Source of the DNA: Camelus dromedarius
Taxonomy: Eukaryota
DNA: 64,000 nt
Reading direction: 5' to 3'
Assembly (NCBI RefSeq): GCF_036321535.1
Contig: NC_087436.1
Coordinates: 17,484,001-17,548,000 of the forward strand
Shown: positions 26,981-40,110 of the stretch, piece by piece
Numbering within the stretch: position 1 is the stretch's first letter
Layout: each line of letters begins with the position of its first letter
Notes under the pieces: generated by a model
Seen by the model: only the letters and a program-made list of their open reading frames with translations
Told to the model about the DNA's origin: nothing
Databases searched by the model: none
Position numbers and translations under genes: made by a program

Positions 26981-29509
26981 ATTACTTTCTTACTTTTATT
27001 ATAGCTACTTATAAACAGACACTTTCTGGATCCTCATCTCTTCTAAACTATCTCATTCACATTTAATTGTCCACCACGTTTAACACACCTATTGAATACA
27101 TTAGTGACTAATTGTTCTATAGATGTTCTATAGAAGGCTGGATGAATAAATAGGATGATGAATATGTTGTGGTTCAAAGTGCTATTTAAATGTGTCCCTA
27201 GTTGGATTATGAAGAAAGAACACTTATGATAGCACCCCTAAGGCAAGACGGGATAAAGAGCACCTTCAGTGGAGCTACAAGAACAAACACAGGAGTCCAG
27301 ATTTCCCTGAGAAGAATGTCATGTTTCAGGAAGTAGAAAGAGGGCAGAGTCTAAGTTAGTGGTGGCAACAGTTTTCCCCTTTGAAGAGAACCAGGGCCCC
27401 TGACATATTCTCTCTCCAATCCCCCAAAGAAAAGTGCCCAGCTGCTCTCATCATCAGCAGAAGTTTTCTTCTGACATGTGTTCTCTGAATCGCCACCTCT
27501 GCTACACGCACTCTAACCCAGGGCCTGGTTTGTTACCTGAAATGAACTGACTCACCAGGAAATGCATTTTCACTGCTTTTTTTAGATGAGCATCACAGCT
27601 CCGTTCCCAGTATAAATGTTCATCACAGTAGCGACATTAAAACTATCATGCGGGACAACCACCGATGATGAAACATTTTAATCACAAAAGTCCTTCACAA
27701 GTCGAGCACTGTAATGATCAAGGTTTCAGCATCTCCTGCATTTAAGGAGACATGCCAGGCAGCAATAGGTGATAAAGCCTGAAAATGAAGTGTAGGAACA
27801 AGTTTGAAGGAATGGAGGTTGCTGAAGAAAAGGTGTCTGAATCTGATATGAAAACTGTAGCACATACTGCATTCAAAGCAAGGGATGAGGTAATAGGATG
27901 AACTCATGTAGGGAAACAAAATCCAACAGCAGCATCTACAGAGATGGAGGAAAAGGAAGGGAATGCACACCCCCAGTGCTGTGCACGTGCTATTTGGGTG
28001 CACAGATGTTTTATTGAATTTCACAACACTACAGTGTTTCAAACACCTTAGTCCCTTTGTTTCTGACAATTCCTAGCTAAACACAGAGCTCGTGAGTCCA
28101 GAGATCACAAAGACTAAAGCCAGGTTCAGACATGAAGTTGCCTCCCACTGCTGAGCCAGAAGGTGACTGGAAGAACAAAGGGGTCAAGTCAGCCAGCAAA
28201 GCTGCCCTGCCCACACACCCACTACTCAGCATCATGGCATCTCGTGGCTTGTAGAGGGTAAGGTGAGCTCTGAGATGACAAAGTCCCAGGGAGTCCCAGG
28301 AGGGGAACAGATGCCCCTGGAATGTACCAGATCCAGCTGCAGTTGGAAGTGTGATGACTCTGCGGAGTGTTAAGAATTGACTAGCTGCACAGTTGAGAAG
28401 GAGAAGGGAAATCTGAGGCATACCAGAGACTCTCAGAGTGAGAATGTAGGTATGTTATCACTTCACTGAAGCTCAGCTAAAAGCTGGATCAGCCTGTTCC
28501 AGGTGGTTCAGAGCTCCCTGTGTGCCTGCACACCAGTCCAACAATAGAGCTCTTTCTGTGGGGTATGCTCGCACAGTGGGGGAGGTCACAGAGCTCCTCA
28601 TAGCTACAAAAGAAAGGTGTTAAAGTCCAGTTAAAAAAAAAAAAACAGACTTGAGGTACACTTTGGCAAAAGATTTAGCAATTTCTTATAGTTGCATATA
28701 AAACCTATCCATGCCATGGCAACTCCCATTCTTACAATATCCAAGAGAAGTGAAAACATATGTCCACATGAAGACTTATACAAGAATGTTCATAGCAGCC
28801 TTATTTATAATAGCAAAAAGCTGGAAACATCCCAAGTGTCCATCAACAGGAGAATGGATAAACAAATTATGGATACATATAATGAAACACTTCTCAGCAA
28901 AACAACAACAATAAAAAACTTTTGATACACAAAGAACATATGAATCTCACAGACATTATGTTGAGCAAAAGAATCCTGACACTAAACAACACACACTGTG
29001 TTATTCCATTATATAAAGCTGTAGAATCAGCAAAACTAATACATAATGAAAAAAATAGAACTGTAGTTGCTGGGGAGAGAGAGAAAGAATTGACTGGGAA
29101 AAGGAACTTGCTGGGATGATGGAAATGTTCAATATCTTTATAGAGATATGGATTACACTGGGTATGCATTTATCGAAACTCACTGAATTGTGTACTTTAC
29201 ATTTGTTTTACTGTATGTAAACTCTACCTTAAGAAATAGTAAACAAATGTTAAAGTCTAGTTAGTAGATTTGTTTTTTTTCCCCTCCCCAGTGGTATGCA
29301 TTAGCAATTCTTAAACTCATTTCTGTGCATTTAAATCTTGAGCAACTGAATAAATGTATTAAGGAGAATGAGATTCAAGTTTCACACCACTGTAGAAGCA
29401 AGTTACAAATATGGAAAAGAGAAGATAAGAATGTACACTGCTATGTTAGATAGGAGTTGAAAGCACCAGTATGAACTCATAGTTTTAAATAGATGAATGG
29501 ATATAAATG

Positions 29510-29572
29510 GAGATAGATAGATAGATAGATAGATTGATAGATAGACAGACAAACAGACAGACAGATAGACAG
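29510..29572. repeat. (GATA)n-(GACA)n compound microsatellite
   Basis: direct reading. Confidence 0.9.
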
Positions 29573-29678
29573 AGTCCCAGCTCTTTCCATGTGAGAGGAT
29601 CTAGAAGCAATGATCCTAGTAAAAATGAGTGTATGTAGTACTTATATTTGGCTTCTAAATAATAGTGGTTTCTCCACT

Positions 29679-29703
29679 AAAAAAAAAAAAAAAAAAAAAA
29701 AAA
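29679..29703. repeat. poly(A)25
   Basis: direct reading. Confidence 0.95.
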
Positions 29704-32518
29704 GCTGGGGATCCATGGGAAAGGTTGATTATAGAGATGGAGCAGAGGAAGTTCAAGATGAGCCTGGATGTTATACAGAAATTAAGAAAGCGGTCAAAGA
29801 ATGATGGGAGTCTCTCAGAAGGACACAAAGTCCTAATTTCTGCTTCCACTTTGACCTTAATATCAAAAACAAGCTAAATAGCCTACAGTCATAGTTTTTT
29901 GATTTTTTTTTTTGGTAAACTCATCAAATATTGAGGATAGAAGAAGCCAGAAGGAACTAAAATCTAGAAAGAGACAAGTTCCTCATGAGAAGTGCCCTAC
30001 AGCTTCTATCTTCTTTTGTAGGGAAGTGCAACTATGAAGAAGCCACCATTAATGGATTTAAGGAGAAAGTTACTGAACTTTGAAAGAATTTTGAAGACTA
30101 AGGGACAGTTGGCGCGATGTTTAGAACCCTGAAGAACTCTGTCTACACCTACTCATCAGATCTTTCCGATAGGCCCTCAATAAATACTCATGCAAACGAG
30201 AAGTGAGACAGAACGCCTAGAACACAGAGGAGGACAGGAGAAATGGGAGGAACTGTTCAAAGCACTGTAGGTCCTTATTCCATACTTCTCAGAGGCTTCC
30301 CACATCTGTAGGAAGAACAGGAGACCCAAGAGAGACCCCTTTGGGGAGCAAGCACCCAGGGCCTGAGAGTCTCTTTCAGCCCTTTGCCCTGCCTGTCAGA
30401 GACAAGTCATGCTGAATCCCTTACAGGCGCTCTAAGCATTCATGAGTACACTTCGCAGCACTCCAAACGTTCGGGCAAAGCAGGAGAGCAGGAAAAGACC
30501 TCTTGAACCACAGAAAGCCAGGAGGCAGGTCTGAATAGCAAAGGGAACTCCTTAGCGACAAAATACTGAAGCTAGTTTATAAAGCAGAACAAGATGCCAG
30601 TTAATTCAGAAAGCTAGAGATTGTTTGTACAAAGAGGTCTTGCCCTGCCGAAGGTAAAGTACTAACTCATCCCTGAATCTTTAACCTAATGGTGAACTAA
30701 GTCTAATTAAAACAACAGTAAATTCCAGTCCCAGCTTAACTATTGTCTAGATGGACTACTGTCAGAAAAAAGGGTGTTTCCTTTCCTGGGCAGAAATATT
30801 ATTTACTGCCATCTCTATTGTTTTGTTTTGTTTTGTTTTCTATTACACACAATACACTGCATACAATCAAAAATTACAAAATGCATAAAGAAATGTTTTT
30901 TAATTCAAAGGAAATAGTAGCAGACACAGAGATGGCCCAGAAGTTAGAATGATATGACTGGGACTTTAAAATAACTTTGATAAAAGGATATAATGGAAGA
31001 GGTATATAACATATGTAAACAGATGGGTAATTTTGGCATAGAAATAGATACTATTACAAGAGGAGTGCCAAATGAAATTACTAGAAATAAAATATATGGT
31101 ATCTGAGATAAAAAATTACATAATCAGCTTATCAGCAAGCAGGAAACAGTGAAAACAGTAAGGATAACAGATTAATATTGACAGCGGGTCAATAGAAATC
31201 ATCTAAATTTTAGTGCAAAAATGTGAAAAAATGGAGTAGGATTATCCAATAGTCTAAAGCATATGTTATTAGAATATCATGACGTGAATAAAAATTTTAT
31301 TAATTATAAAGGGGAAAATAATAAGTTACAGTAAAGAAACTTAGGAGACACCACCTTAACCAAGTGACCAGTGTTAGCATCACCAATATTGGGACAAAGC
31401 AATATTACGTGCCACCAACGAGACACTGAGAAGGACACCATACAACTTCAATGGTATAACTGCCCAGAAAGTGCTTAATATGAATCCCATTACAAGGAAA
31501 CATCAGACACGCTGAATTTGAAGGACATTCTACAACTTAATTGACCTGTACTCTTCAAAAATGTTAAGATCAAGAACCGCAAAGGGCTAGGAGCCATTTC
31601 ATATTTAAAGAGACATTACAGTTAACGGCAATTAGTGATTCTGGATTGGATCCTGGACAAGGGAAAATATCTATAAAGGACATTATTAGCATAATTAATT
31701 AAAATTCAATATGGACTGCATATTAGATTATCATATATATCAGTGCCAAATTTTTTGCTACTGATAATTGGATTACAGTAGGAGAATGCCTTGTGTTCTT
31801 AGGAATTATGCAGTAAACTATTTAAGGATAAAGGGTCACAATGTTTCAAACTTTCAAACTCTCAAGTGGTAGTCTATCTATGATTACATACAATATGTAT
31901 AATACACATACATACACACACAGAGAGAATAAGCAAATGAACAAAATGTAAATAATTGATGAATCTGGAAAAAGTATTATTGGGATTTCTTATGCGATTC
32001 TTGCAACTTTTTCATAAGTCTGAAATTATATCAAAATACAAAATTATCCCCAAAGAGTACCCTTGAAAAATAAAAAAAAAAAGATAGTGCCAGAGAATAC
32101 TATACTGCTTGAGAAGTGGTTTCTAGAGCAGGCAGCGAGATGCCATGGTCAGGCAAGCAATCTAGCATTTCCCTGGTAATCAAAGATATGTGTCAATTCT
32201 GTGCAAATTCTGAAATGACATTAGCTTGAAACCTTGGGACTTTAAAACAGGAAGGAACTGCCCTAGCCTATCCTCCTCCTTTTACAGATAAGGAAACTGA
32301 AGTTAGGTGTGAAGTCCAAGCGTCTCTGAGGAAGACCTATGCCTTCTGAGTCAGCCTCATTTCTCGTGCATCCATTCTTCATTCATTCATCATGTTTCCT
32401 TCTGAAAAATTTTAAGGCTCTCCCAGCAGCCTTGCCACAGCTACCTTCCCTGTAAGTCACTCTGCAGCTCTAACCCTTAGTCTGAGCAATCTCCATAATT
32501 CGACAGGGAGATGCGTGT

Positions 32519-32665
32519 CTCCATAACGTCATGGAATTCCTCGTAGAGGGAATTATTGGAGTTCCAAGCTCCATAACGTCATGGAATTCCTCGTAGAGGG
32601 AGTTATTGGAGTTCCAAGCTCCATAACGTCATGGAATTCCTCGTAGAGGGAGTTATTGGAGTTCC
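32519..32665. repeat. 50-bp tandem repeat, ~2.9 copies
   Basis: CTCCATAACGTCATGGAATTCCTCGTAGAGGGA(A/G)TTATTGGAGTTCCAAG at 32519, 32569 and 32619. Confidence 0.97.
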
Positions 32666-33899
32666 TGGGTGCCTGAGGGCTTTGCTGACTCCTGGGGGCA
32701 GCATAACTCTTCACCACCTCTTCCTCCTCTCAGGTTACCTCTTCTGAGTACAGATTCATCTTAATTACCATCCCTCCTATTTTTATTGACCGGCTGTTGA
32801 GATTTATTGAACAACCAATGTGTACTTATCACTCCCCTATCACATTGATACTATGACTTATTGCTCCCAATTTAGTGATTCCTTGATTAATCACTCTTGA
32901 ACTAAATGACGGTGTGGTATATGTACAGAGAGGAGTAGGAAAAGTTGGCCCTTCCTTTCTCAAGAGGCATTCAGCAACATGTGACTATGTGACTTCTGGT
33001 GGACACACCAGGCTAATAAGGAGAAATTTTGGATTCCAAATTCATGTTGACCTATAACTAGCCTGATTATCCTCTGTGGCCACAGGGTAAGTCCTAAACT
33101 CACAGCCAAATCATAATGAGAATCAACAGAATTTCATCCTTCCCTAGAAAAATATTTTATAGCAATGATCCCACTGGAGACCTGATCATCTCTTCTTCTA
33201 GGTGAAGACCAGTTTGGCCACAGCTGTAATTATTATTTTGACCACTAGTTCCAGTAGCAGCAGTGTTTTCTTAGTGGATCATATATAATAGATATTAATA
33301 TCTGTCTCCTGAAAAATGACTCATTGATAACAGTATCTTTGCAGTCACCCAGACACAATGGGCTGGGAATAAGGGGGCTTCCTCTGTTGCAAATCACTGT
33401 GACCCTGCACTTCCACCATCAGTAACTTTGCCCTTTTGCTCCTTATTACTGTTTCCTCTATCTTCCTCTACTATTGAATTCCTCCTGAGAACTCTCTGGT
33501 GTAGTCCTGCTAGCACTTGAACTTGGAAGAAAAAGAATTGCCCTGATGGAATTAAATAAGCTGATATTCAAAGGAAAAGCAGGACGGAAGTAATGAACAG
33601 AAATAATTAGGTGATAATAGAGATACTGAGATGAACATTTCCAACCACCAACTGGCACAAAGTTGAGCTGACCATTGGCTTTTATATTCTGTAATGTTTG
33701 TAGCACTATCTTTCACATAATCTCTAGAAGACATATTCTCAATAACATTTGTTAACTCAATGACTTCTCATATGTATGTGTCGAAGGGACAGCATTCAGC
33801 TTTTACTGGAACTAAAAGGGGAAACCACTTAGTATTTTTTTAATCTTAGTCAGCACACTTTTCACATACCCCCAACACACACATGCACATGCACACACA

Positions 33900-34070
33900 T
33901 ACGGTGATGTGTAAAGATCAAGGACTTTGGTATCAGACAAACTTGATTTCAAATCCAGTTCTGTCCTGATTGTATCTGTTACCTTGAGAAAGTCACTTAA
34001 TCTCTGTAAGGTCCAGCTATCTTGTCCATAAACAAGATTAGGTGAGATAATGTAAAATTCACTTGCAAAA
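33900..34070 (+). mobile_element. MIR
   Basis: GGACTTTGGTATCAGACAAACTTG...ACCTTGAGAAAGTCACTTAATCTCTGT. Confidence 0.7.
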
Positions 34071-34599
34071 GTTAGATATTCTTCCACTTCTCTTTCTAGT
34101 ATTTTTCTTTTGGTAACTATTTACATTTATATAAATTAGTCCCTCAGACTGTTAGTGTGATTTTATATGTGTCACATATAAAATATGTTATAAAACTTTC
34201 CAGAAGCTAGTGGTACTTTAAACACATGACCATGTGGACATAGTTCTTTTGAGTAAGACCATGCCACTCTGTTCAAATCTTCTCACCCCAATTTTCAGCC
34301 ATGACTGTCTGGACTCAGAGAAGCACACATACATGGAAAAAGTCATACTGCTCAAAGTTTTCCACAGTCAGGCATGCGTTCGTCTCCCTTAGATCACTTG
34401 GTGTATACACCAGTGATCCAGGAAGAAATCACTACTGGAGGCTAATATCCTGCACCTAGTGTGTTGGGGCCAGCATCCACCCTTATTCAGAAGATGTCCA
34501 CAGAGCCACTTTGGGGCTCATTCCCACTCCAGAGATCCATAAAGAGATGGTGAAATAAAGCAACTTCAAGACTCACTCTGCTCCCAATACGTTCCATCC

Positions 34600-34830
34600 C
34601 TTGGAGTGGTTAAGGAGAACCTGTCCAGAGCCAGATGCCCGAATTCAAAGCCTGGCACTGCTGATTACATCCTCCGTGACTTTGGGGGAAATTGTTTAGT
34701 CTCTCCGTGCCTTAGTTTCTCATTCCCAAAATGGGGATATTTATAGACTCTATCTCAAAGTGCATTGGAAGGATTACATAAACTAATATATTTAAAGCAC
34801 ATAGCCCACACCTGGCACCCTGGAAACTGT
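34600..34830 (+). mobile_element. MIR
   Basis: CTCTCCGTGCCTTAGTTTCTCATTCCCAAAATGGGGAT. Confidence 0.75.
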
Positions 34831-35924
34831 CATCATAAGGTATGGCAGGCTTGGTCCTGGGACAAACCAGGCTGTACCTGAAGAAATTTAAAATTCTCGT
34901 CCACTATTGACTCACAGCACTGGCTGGACATTTCTCAGCTCAAGAAATGTGTGTGTTAATAAGTCTATAAGTACATGTGTCCATACCAGAAAGCATGGCT
35001 GAGTCTACCTAATCTTCTCCTTTTTCATTAATGCATTTCTGGGTCACAGGGACCCATTGTGTGTGTCATGGATATTGGTTGCACCAAATACCCGTACAAG
35101 TTAATTCACTCCCACAGAGAACAGAGAAATACAAATAGTTTAGGTGAAAACAGGGGTCTCTGGGGCTGACCTAATTTTTCTTTTTTTTCAGAAGTTGTGT
35201 ATTTAGGTTTTGATGTGTGGCCCTAGGGATGGCCATGCCCAAGGAAGCTGGTCATTGGTGTCCAGGGCCTGTCGGGAAGGTCTTGCCCACCATGACTCTC
35301 CTCCTGGCAAATGTGGCAGAAAATTGCTGTCTTGCCCTTCTTCTCAGCATCATGGCACTATCCTGAACACACTGAGGAGTAGTGGGGTGTGACTGCTCCC
35401 TCACCTCGTGAGAGCTGTTATGCAGGTATGACTCCCAGGCCAACAAGAGGTAGGTCCCAGCAGCACTCCTCTAGGACAGTGTTTGTTGGGGAGGGAAAGG
35501 TTTTTAAAGGTGAATTTGGGATTTTAAATATCCTCCCCACCAAAAGAAACTTTTTCCTTCCTTTACAGGTGAATGATAACTGTACTAATATTTGAATTCC
35601 TTTTTTGAATAGATAGACACTAGATAATAGATGGATAGATAGATAAGCAATAGATAGACAATTAATAGATAGCTAATAGATAAATGATAGAAAGATATAC
35701 AAAAGATAAACAAAGATAGACATGCAAAATCTATACTTATATTTTTAGTATATATGTATGCATGTATGCATAGATCCCTGTATATTATGCATATGTTACT
35801 GTCATTTATAGCTGAGTATGTATTTCAGAATGGGAGAACCACACAGTTATGTAGGGTTTGGTTGATCCTTGGTCTATGTGGCCTTAGTTTTCAACAGTGT
35901 GGTGCTTCACAGAGAGGACCTGAC

Positions 35925-36058
35925 CTGAATGAGGAAGAACATGAAAACAAAGAGAATAAAGCAGAAGCCAGCAGTGCAAAAGCAAGAGAATGTGATGGAG
36001 TCCACATTGCAAACAGGCAAGGTGAAGTGTTAACGGCAAAATCAAGGTCACACATATC
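35925..36058 (-). pseudogene. Pseudo-exon with hydrophobic segment (DMCDLDFAVNTSPCLFAMWTPSHSLAFALLASALFSLFSCSSSF)
   Basis: CCCTTGTAG| acceptor, CAG|GTCAGG donor, open frame, 72-nt upstream intron. Confidence 0.45.
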
Positions 36059-36130
36059 CTACAAGGGCTTTGTGATGGTTCATTTCTCGTCGCCCACTTG
36101 TGAAGTGCAATCAGGAACAAAATAGCTTAC

Positions 36131-36169
36131 GACTGGTATTGCAGGAAGTGAAATTGCCCAGAACATATT
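36131..36169 (-). pseudogene. Pseudo-exon, phase 0-0 (NMFWAISLPAIPV)
   Basis: |GTAAGC donor; long pyrimidine tract but acceptor reads AA. Confidence 0.4.
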
Positions 36170-36662
36170 TTAATAAGAAAAAGGAGACGCCAATAGCAGA
36201 AAAATGTAAAGAGAAAATCCAAACCACTCAGTAACTAACCACAGTAAATAAGCTCCAGCCAATGTGGTTAATTATGGGCAATAAGGGGCAAAAGCTTAAA
36301 GAAAAACATACAAAGTTGTTCAAGAGAAAAATGCCATCCTTTGTTATTAGAAAAAGGGGTGGGTCATGGGAATCAAAAATTCAGAAAGTTCACTTGTCTA
36401 TTTTTGTTGTTTTGATCCAGGGCAAAATAACTCCTTAGTTTAATGTAGTTCAACTAACAGATATCAAACAAGACATATAAAAGGCAAGAGGCTACAGCTT
36501 TTGATGAAATCATGAATAGATAAGAACTAGATACTTAACGAGACTCATGGGGAGAGGAAGTAACGACATCCTTCTTTGAAGGCAGCTTCTCCTTTTATTT
36601 CATTGAGTTAGTCATGTTGGAAGAAAACACCATAAAAACTTTAATGAAGCAATAAAACTCAC

Positions 36663-36718
36663 TTTGAAACCTTTTGCATATGGTTTGTTTTTCTCACAGA
36701 GCAGCTCACAATTATTTT
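36663..36718 (-). pseudogene. Pseudo-exon, phase 1-0 (NNCELLCEKNKPYAKGFK)
   Basis: |GTGAGT donor; TTCCTTTTTTACATG acceptor (AG disrupted). Confidence 0.45.
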
Positions 36719-37823
36719 CATGTAAAAAAGGAACAGCCCTCGTAACTGACCTCTGGTTACTTATTAAACATTTACCTTAGCGACCACATATAAAACAGAT
36801 ATCAAAGGCACTTTCAATTTCGCCATTAATCTAGTACACAAATGGCAGCCCAATCTGCTATATGGGCCAGGGACCAACCAAGAAGTGTTCCCTGAGCCTT
36901 TGCAATCAAATGTCCCCTTGTCTTAAAAATGCTTTACAGGCATCAACTGGCAGTGATCTACACATTGCCTGAGAGTTCTCTAGATTCTCTTTGTCCTCCA
37001 AGTCTATGTAGATCACCTTTGAGCATGGTTTCCACTCAAAGGTCTATGCTTCTCCCAAAGCCATGCTCCCCTAGGATACATTGCTCTCCACCTAGCTTCC
37101 CTTCTTGCTGCAAAGCACAGCTTCAATTCCGTCTCTTCTACAATGACCCACTTCGTTTAATCGAAAGGCAATGACATACAGATTGCCAGCAAGCTAACTT
37201 AAGCAAGAACTTTAAGCTGTCATCACCAATAAGATGACCCATGGGAGAAATTACTATTCTGTATTTGTTTACCCATCATGAGGACAGAAGCTATGTTTTC
37301 TTTTCAACTCTACAAAGAAGATATTATAGCACCATAGAGCCCTCAACACCAGATGATAATGTTAAATTTTTTTTGGTAACGAGTAATAAGAAGGAAAATA
37401 GATGGAGGGTGGGGGAATTGGACCTTTAATTGATTAAAATGGTAGAGATGATATATACATGACATAATGACACATATTTTATATATGCATATATATACAC
37501 ACATATATAAGTTTTCTAGCTATAATAGCTTGCAGTCTGTAAGTCATTTAATTTTCATGCCATAAAACCTCAATTATATTTCTAAGTGTAACTTAATATG
37601 TAAGTTTATAGTTTAATATTTTCACTTCAAGATAACTAAAAATTATCTTGATTATCATTATATTGTGTAAGTTCAAGTACTAAGGATACTGAAAGAGCCC
37701 ACTGGTGGACTTTCCCCCGATTCTTGCAGTTCTGTTCACTATGGCGTCCTACTGGTTTAAAGTCACAAATGCCTCTCCTACCTGTTTCCTTTTTTACTGG
37801 CTATTTTCTTGTTTTAAACTTAC

Positions 37824-37874
37824 CTCTGTCTTCTTTCTTCTCATTATGAAAGTGAGAGTCCCCTTTCCTGGTTA
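37824..37874 (-). pseudogene. Pseudo-exon, phase 1-1 (TRKGDSHFHNEKKEDR)
   Basis: CCCAG| acceptor, GAG|GTAAGT consensus donor. Confidence 0.55.
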
Positions 37875-38526
37875 CTGGGTATTCCAGATGAAAAACAGAA
37901 TTTGGACCAGGAAAATGTGGGTTATAAATGGGGACTCATGGATTTCCCCCCTTAAAATTTAAGTTCTCCAGACAAAACACAGAAGGTCTTTATTTCCAAA
38001 TTTTTAAAGGATTTTTCTCCTGGATTTATATCCTAAGCCTATATTTCCAAGACTCAAGAGTTGTGGTTCTTTTTGTCAAGTTCTATGAAATGATTGACTA
38101 ATGTTATTTCCACCATTTACTTAAAGTGTTCTGTGAAAGTGTTAGGGCATCTCAAGTATCCAATGTTAGCTACTGATTTAGGGGAAATTTATAGCACTTT
38201 TTTCCTTTTGTGGTTCATTACCAAGTCAAATTTACAAACTAATTCCTTTGAATTTACCACACTTCTATCTTGGGAATTAATAACATTCCCTTCTATTTGA
38301 GAAAACATTTCTTCCAGCTACTTGGCAATTGCAGTTGCTACTGTGTCCAGTGGAATACTGCTAAACTAACAAAGAATGTTTCTATATCTAATTTAAAATT
38401 CTAAAAAAAATCCCACTTTAATCTATAAAGAAAGATAATAGAACTGAGAAACCCCAAACTTTTTTTTCTTTCTATATTCTGCTAAAGAATTTCTCATCCT
38501 TCACAATATTGTCAAGAGCACTGACA

Positions 38527-39082
38527 CTATTTATAATAGCCAAGATATGGAAGCAACCTAAATGTTCATCAAAAGATGAATGGATAAAGAAGTTGTGGTA
38601 TATATATGTAATGGAATACTACTTGGTCATAAAAAATGAAATAATGACATTTGCAGCAACATGGATGGACCTAGAGATCATCATACTAAGTGAAGTCAAG
38701 AGAAAGACAAATATCAAATAATATCACTTATATGTGGAATAAAAAAATGATACAAATGAACTTATTTACAAAATAGAAATAGACTAACAGACATAGAAAA
38801 CAAACTTATGGTTCCCAAAAGAGAAAGGGTGAGGAAGAGGGACAAATTAGGAGTTTGGGATTAATAGATATACACTACTATATATAAAGTAAAAAACAAG
38901 GACATACTATATAGCACAGGGAACTATATTCAATATCTTGTAATAACCTATAATGACAAAGAATCTGAGAAAGGATACATATATATATGTGTGTGTGTAT
39001 ACAACTGAATCACATTGCTGTACACCCAAAATTAACACAACATTGTAAATCAACTATATATCAATTAAAGAAAAAAAATTTA
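38527..39082 (+). mobile_element. L1 3' end
   Basis: ORF 38509..38721 [22 protein letters not shown]...[45 protein letters not shown]. Confidence 0.9.
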
Positions 39083-39389
39083 AAGAGCATTGGCAATGCT
39101 ATGTGGGTCAACTTGTTTCTACTCTAGCTCTGTACTTGACTTTAGAAAAGAAATGAGCAATGGAGAAAGCCACTAGCTTTGTCTTTCAAAATGGTCAGTC
39201 TCTCTCTGAGTTGCAGCCACACCCAACACAAGACCAACTGTCTGAAAATGGCAGCTCTTTTGAAGTGAGATTCAGCTAAATATTCTCCTTTGAGATTTAA
39301 TTATTAACAACAGTGTTATTTACGTATAGGAGGAGGAAAAGTGCAAGAGGAATTCTGCAGCATGTGAACTCTCAATCCTTTTATTTTAC

Positions 39390-39574
39390 CTGACATATTT
39401 GCTCCATTTTGGGCTTCTTGGCTTGACCAAGAGCAACATCAATCAGTATCTGATTTTTTTCCAATTTCTCTGGTCATTTTCCTCAGTCTATCTTGTGTCC
39501 CATAAAACATCAGGTTCCCCATAGTGTCAGTACAAGTGTCAGTGGCAAGTAAAGTTGAGCATTCAAGAAACATA
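39390..39574 (-). pseudogene. Pseudo-exon, phase 2-1 (MFLECSTLLATDTC...KKSDTD*CCSWSSQEAQNGANMS)
   Basis: TCTTGACTTTTCCTAG| acceptor, CAG|GTAAAA donor, single TGA in 61 codons. Confidence 0.55.
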
Positions 39575-39739
39575 CTAGGAAAAGTCAAGAGTGGAACTTC
39601 TAAAAATAATCTACAAGTTACTAGCAAACAGATCATTTTGGTTTGATAAGTTTTCAGAACATAGGAAAAAGTATAAATTCTATATGAAAGAACCCAGCAT
39701 AGAGGAGGCTAACCATAAAGATCAAGAACTAATTTAATT

Positions 39740-40110
39740 AAGAAGTTCAAACCTCCAGTTACAAATGAATCATGGGGATGAAATGTATAGTATAGGGAAT
39801 ATAGTCAATTATATTGTAACACCTTTGTATAGTGACAGATGGTAGCTAGACTTATCATGGTGATCATTTTGTAATGTATAGAAATACTGAATCACTATGT
39901 TGTGCACCTGGAACTAACATAGTATTGTAAGTCAATTACACTTCAAATTTTTTTTTAAAAAGACATGTAGACAACTGGGAGGAAATGCATCAAAATGCTA
40001 ATGGTGGTTATCTCTGGGGGTGGGGATTATAGGTGATTGCTATTTTTTATTTCATGCTTTATGAGGTTCTATTTGTCTGCAATGAACATATATTGCTTGT
40101 AAAAATAAAA
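39740..40110 (+). mobile_element. L1MA-type 3' fragment followed by an L1ME-type 3' fragment
   Basis: AGGGAATATAGTCAAT...CACCTGGAACTAACATAGTATTGTAAGTCAATTAC; then GTGGTTATCTCTGGGGG...GGGATTATAGGTGAT. Confidence 0.7.

Larger units (their letters stand above)
28655..32050 (+). mobile_element. Composite old L1 (L1MC/MD-like 3' region with an intervening L1 5'/ORF1-like segment)
   Basis: ORF 28711..28914 MFIAALFIIAKSWKHPKCPSTGEWINKLW (L1 ORF2 end); L1M 3'UTR motifs at 31.3-32.0 kb (CACCACCTTAACCAAGTGACC, CTGGATTGGATCCTGGAC). Confidence 0.7.

Noticed and set aside
27666..27783. C/D snoRNA (TGATGA...CTGA)
   Set aside because: No terminal stem and no recognisable rRNA guide.
28711..28723. X-box-like TGCCATGGCAAC
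   Set aside because: Inside an L1 body, at a position where the consensus is similar by chance.
32519..32665. CRISPR-like palindromic repeats
   Set aside because: Units are contiguous with no unique spacers, there are no cas genes, and the context is mammalian.
35754..36125. 123-aa plus-strand ORF with a charged stretch
   Set aside because: It starts in low-complexity AT sequence and is better explained as the antisense of the hydrophobic minus-strand pseudo-exon.
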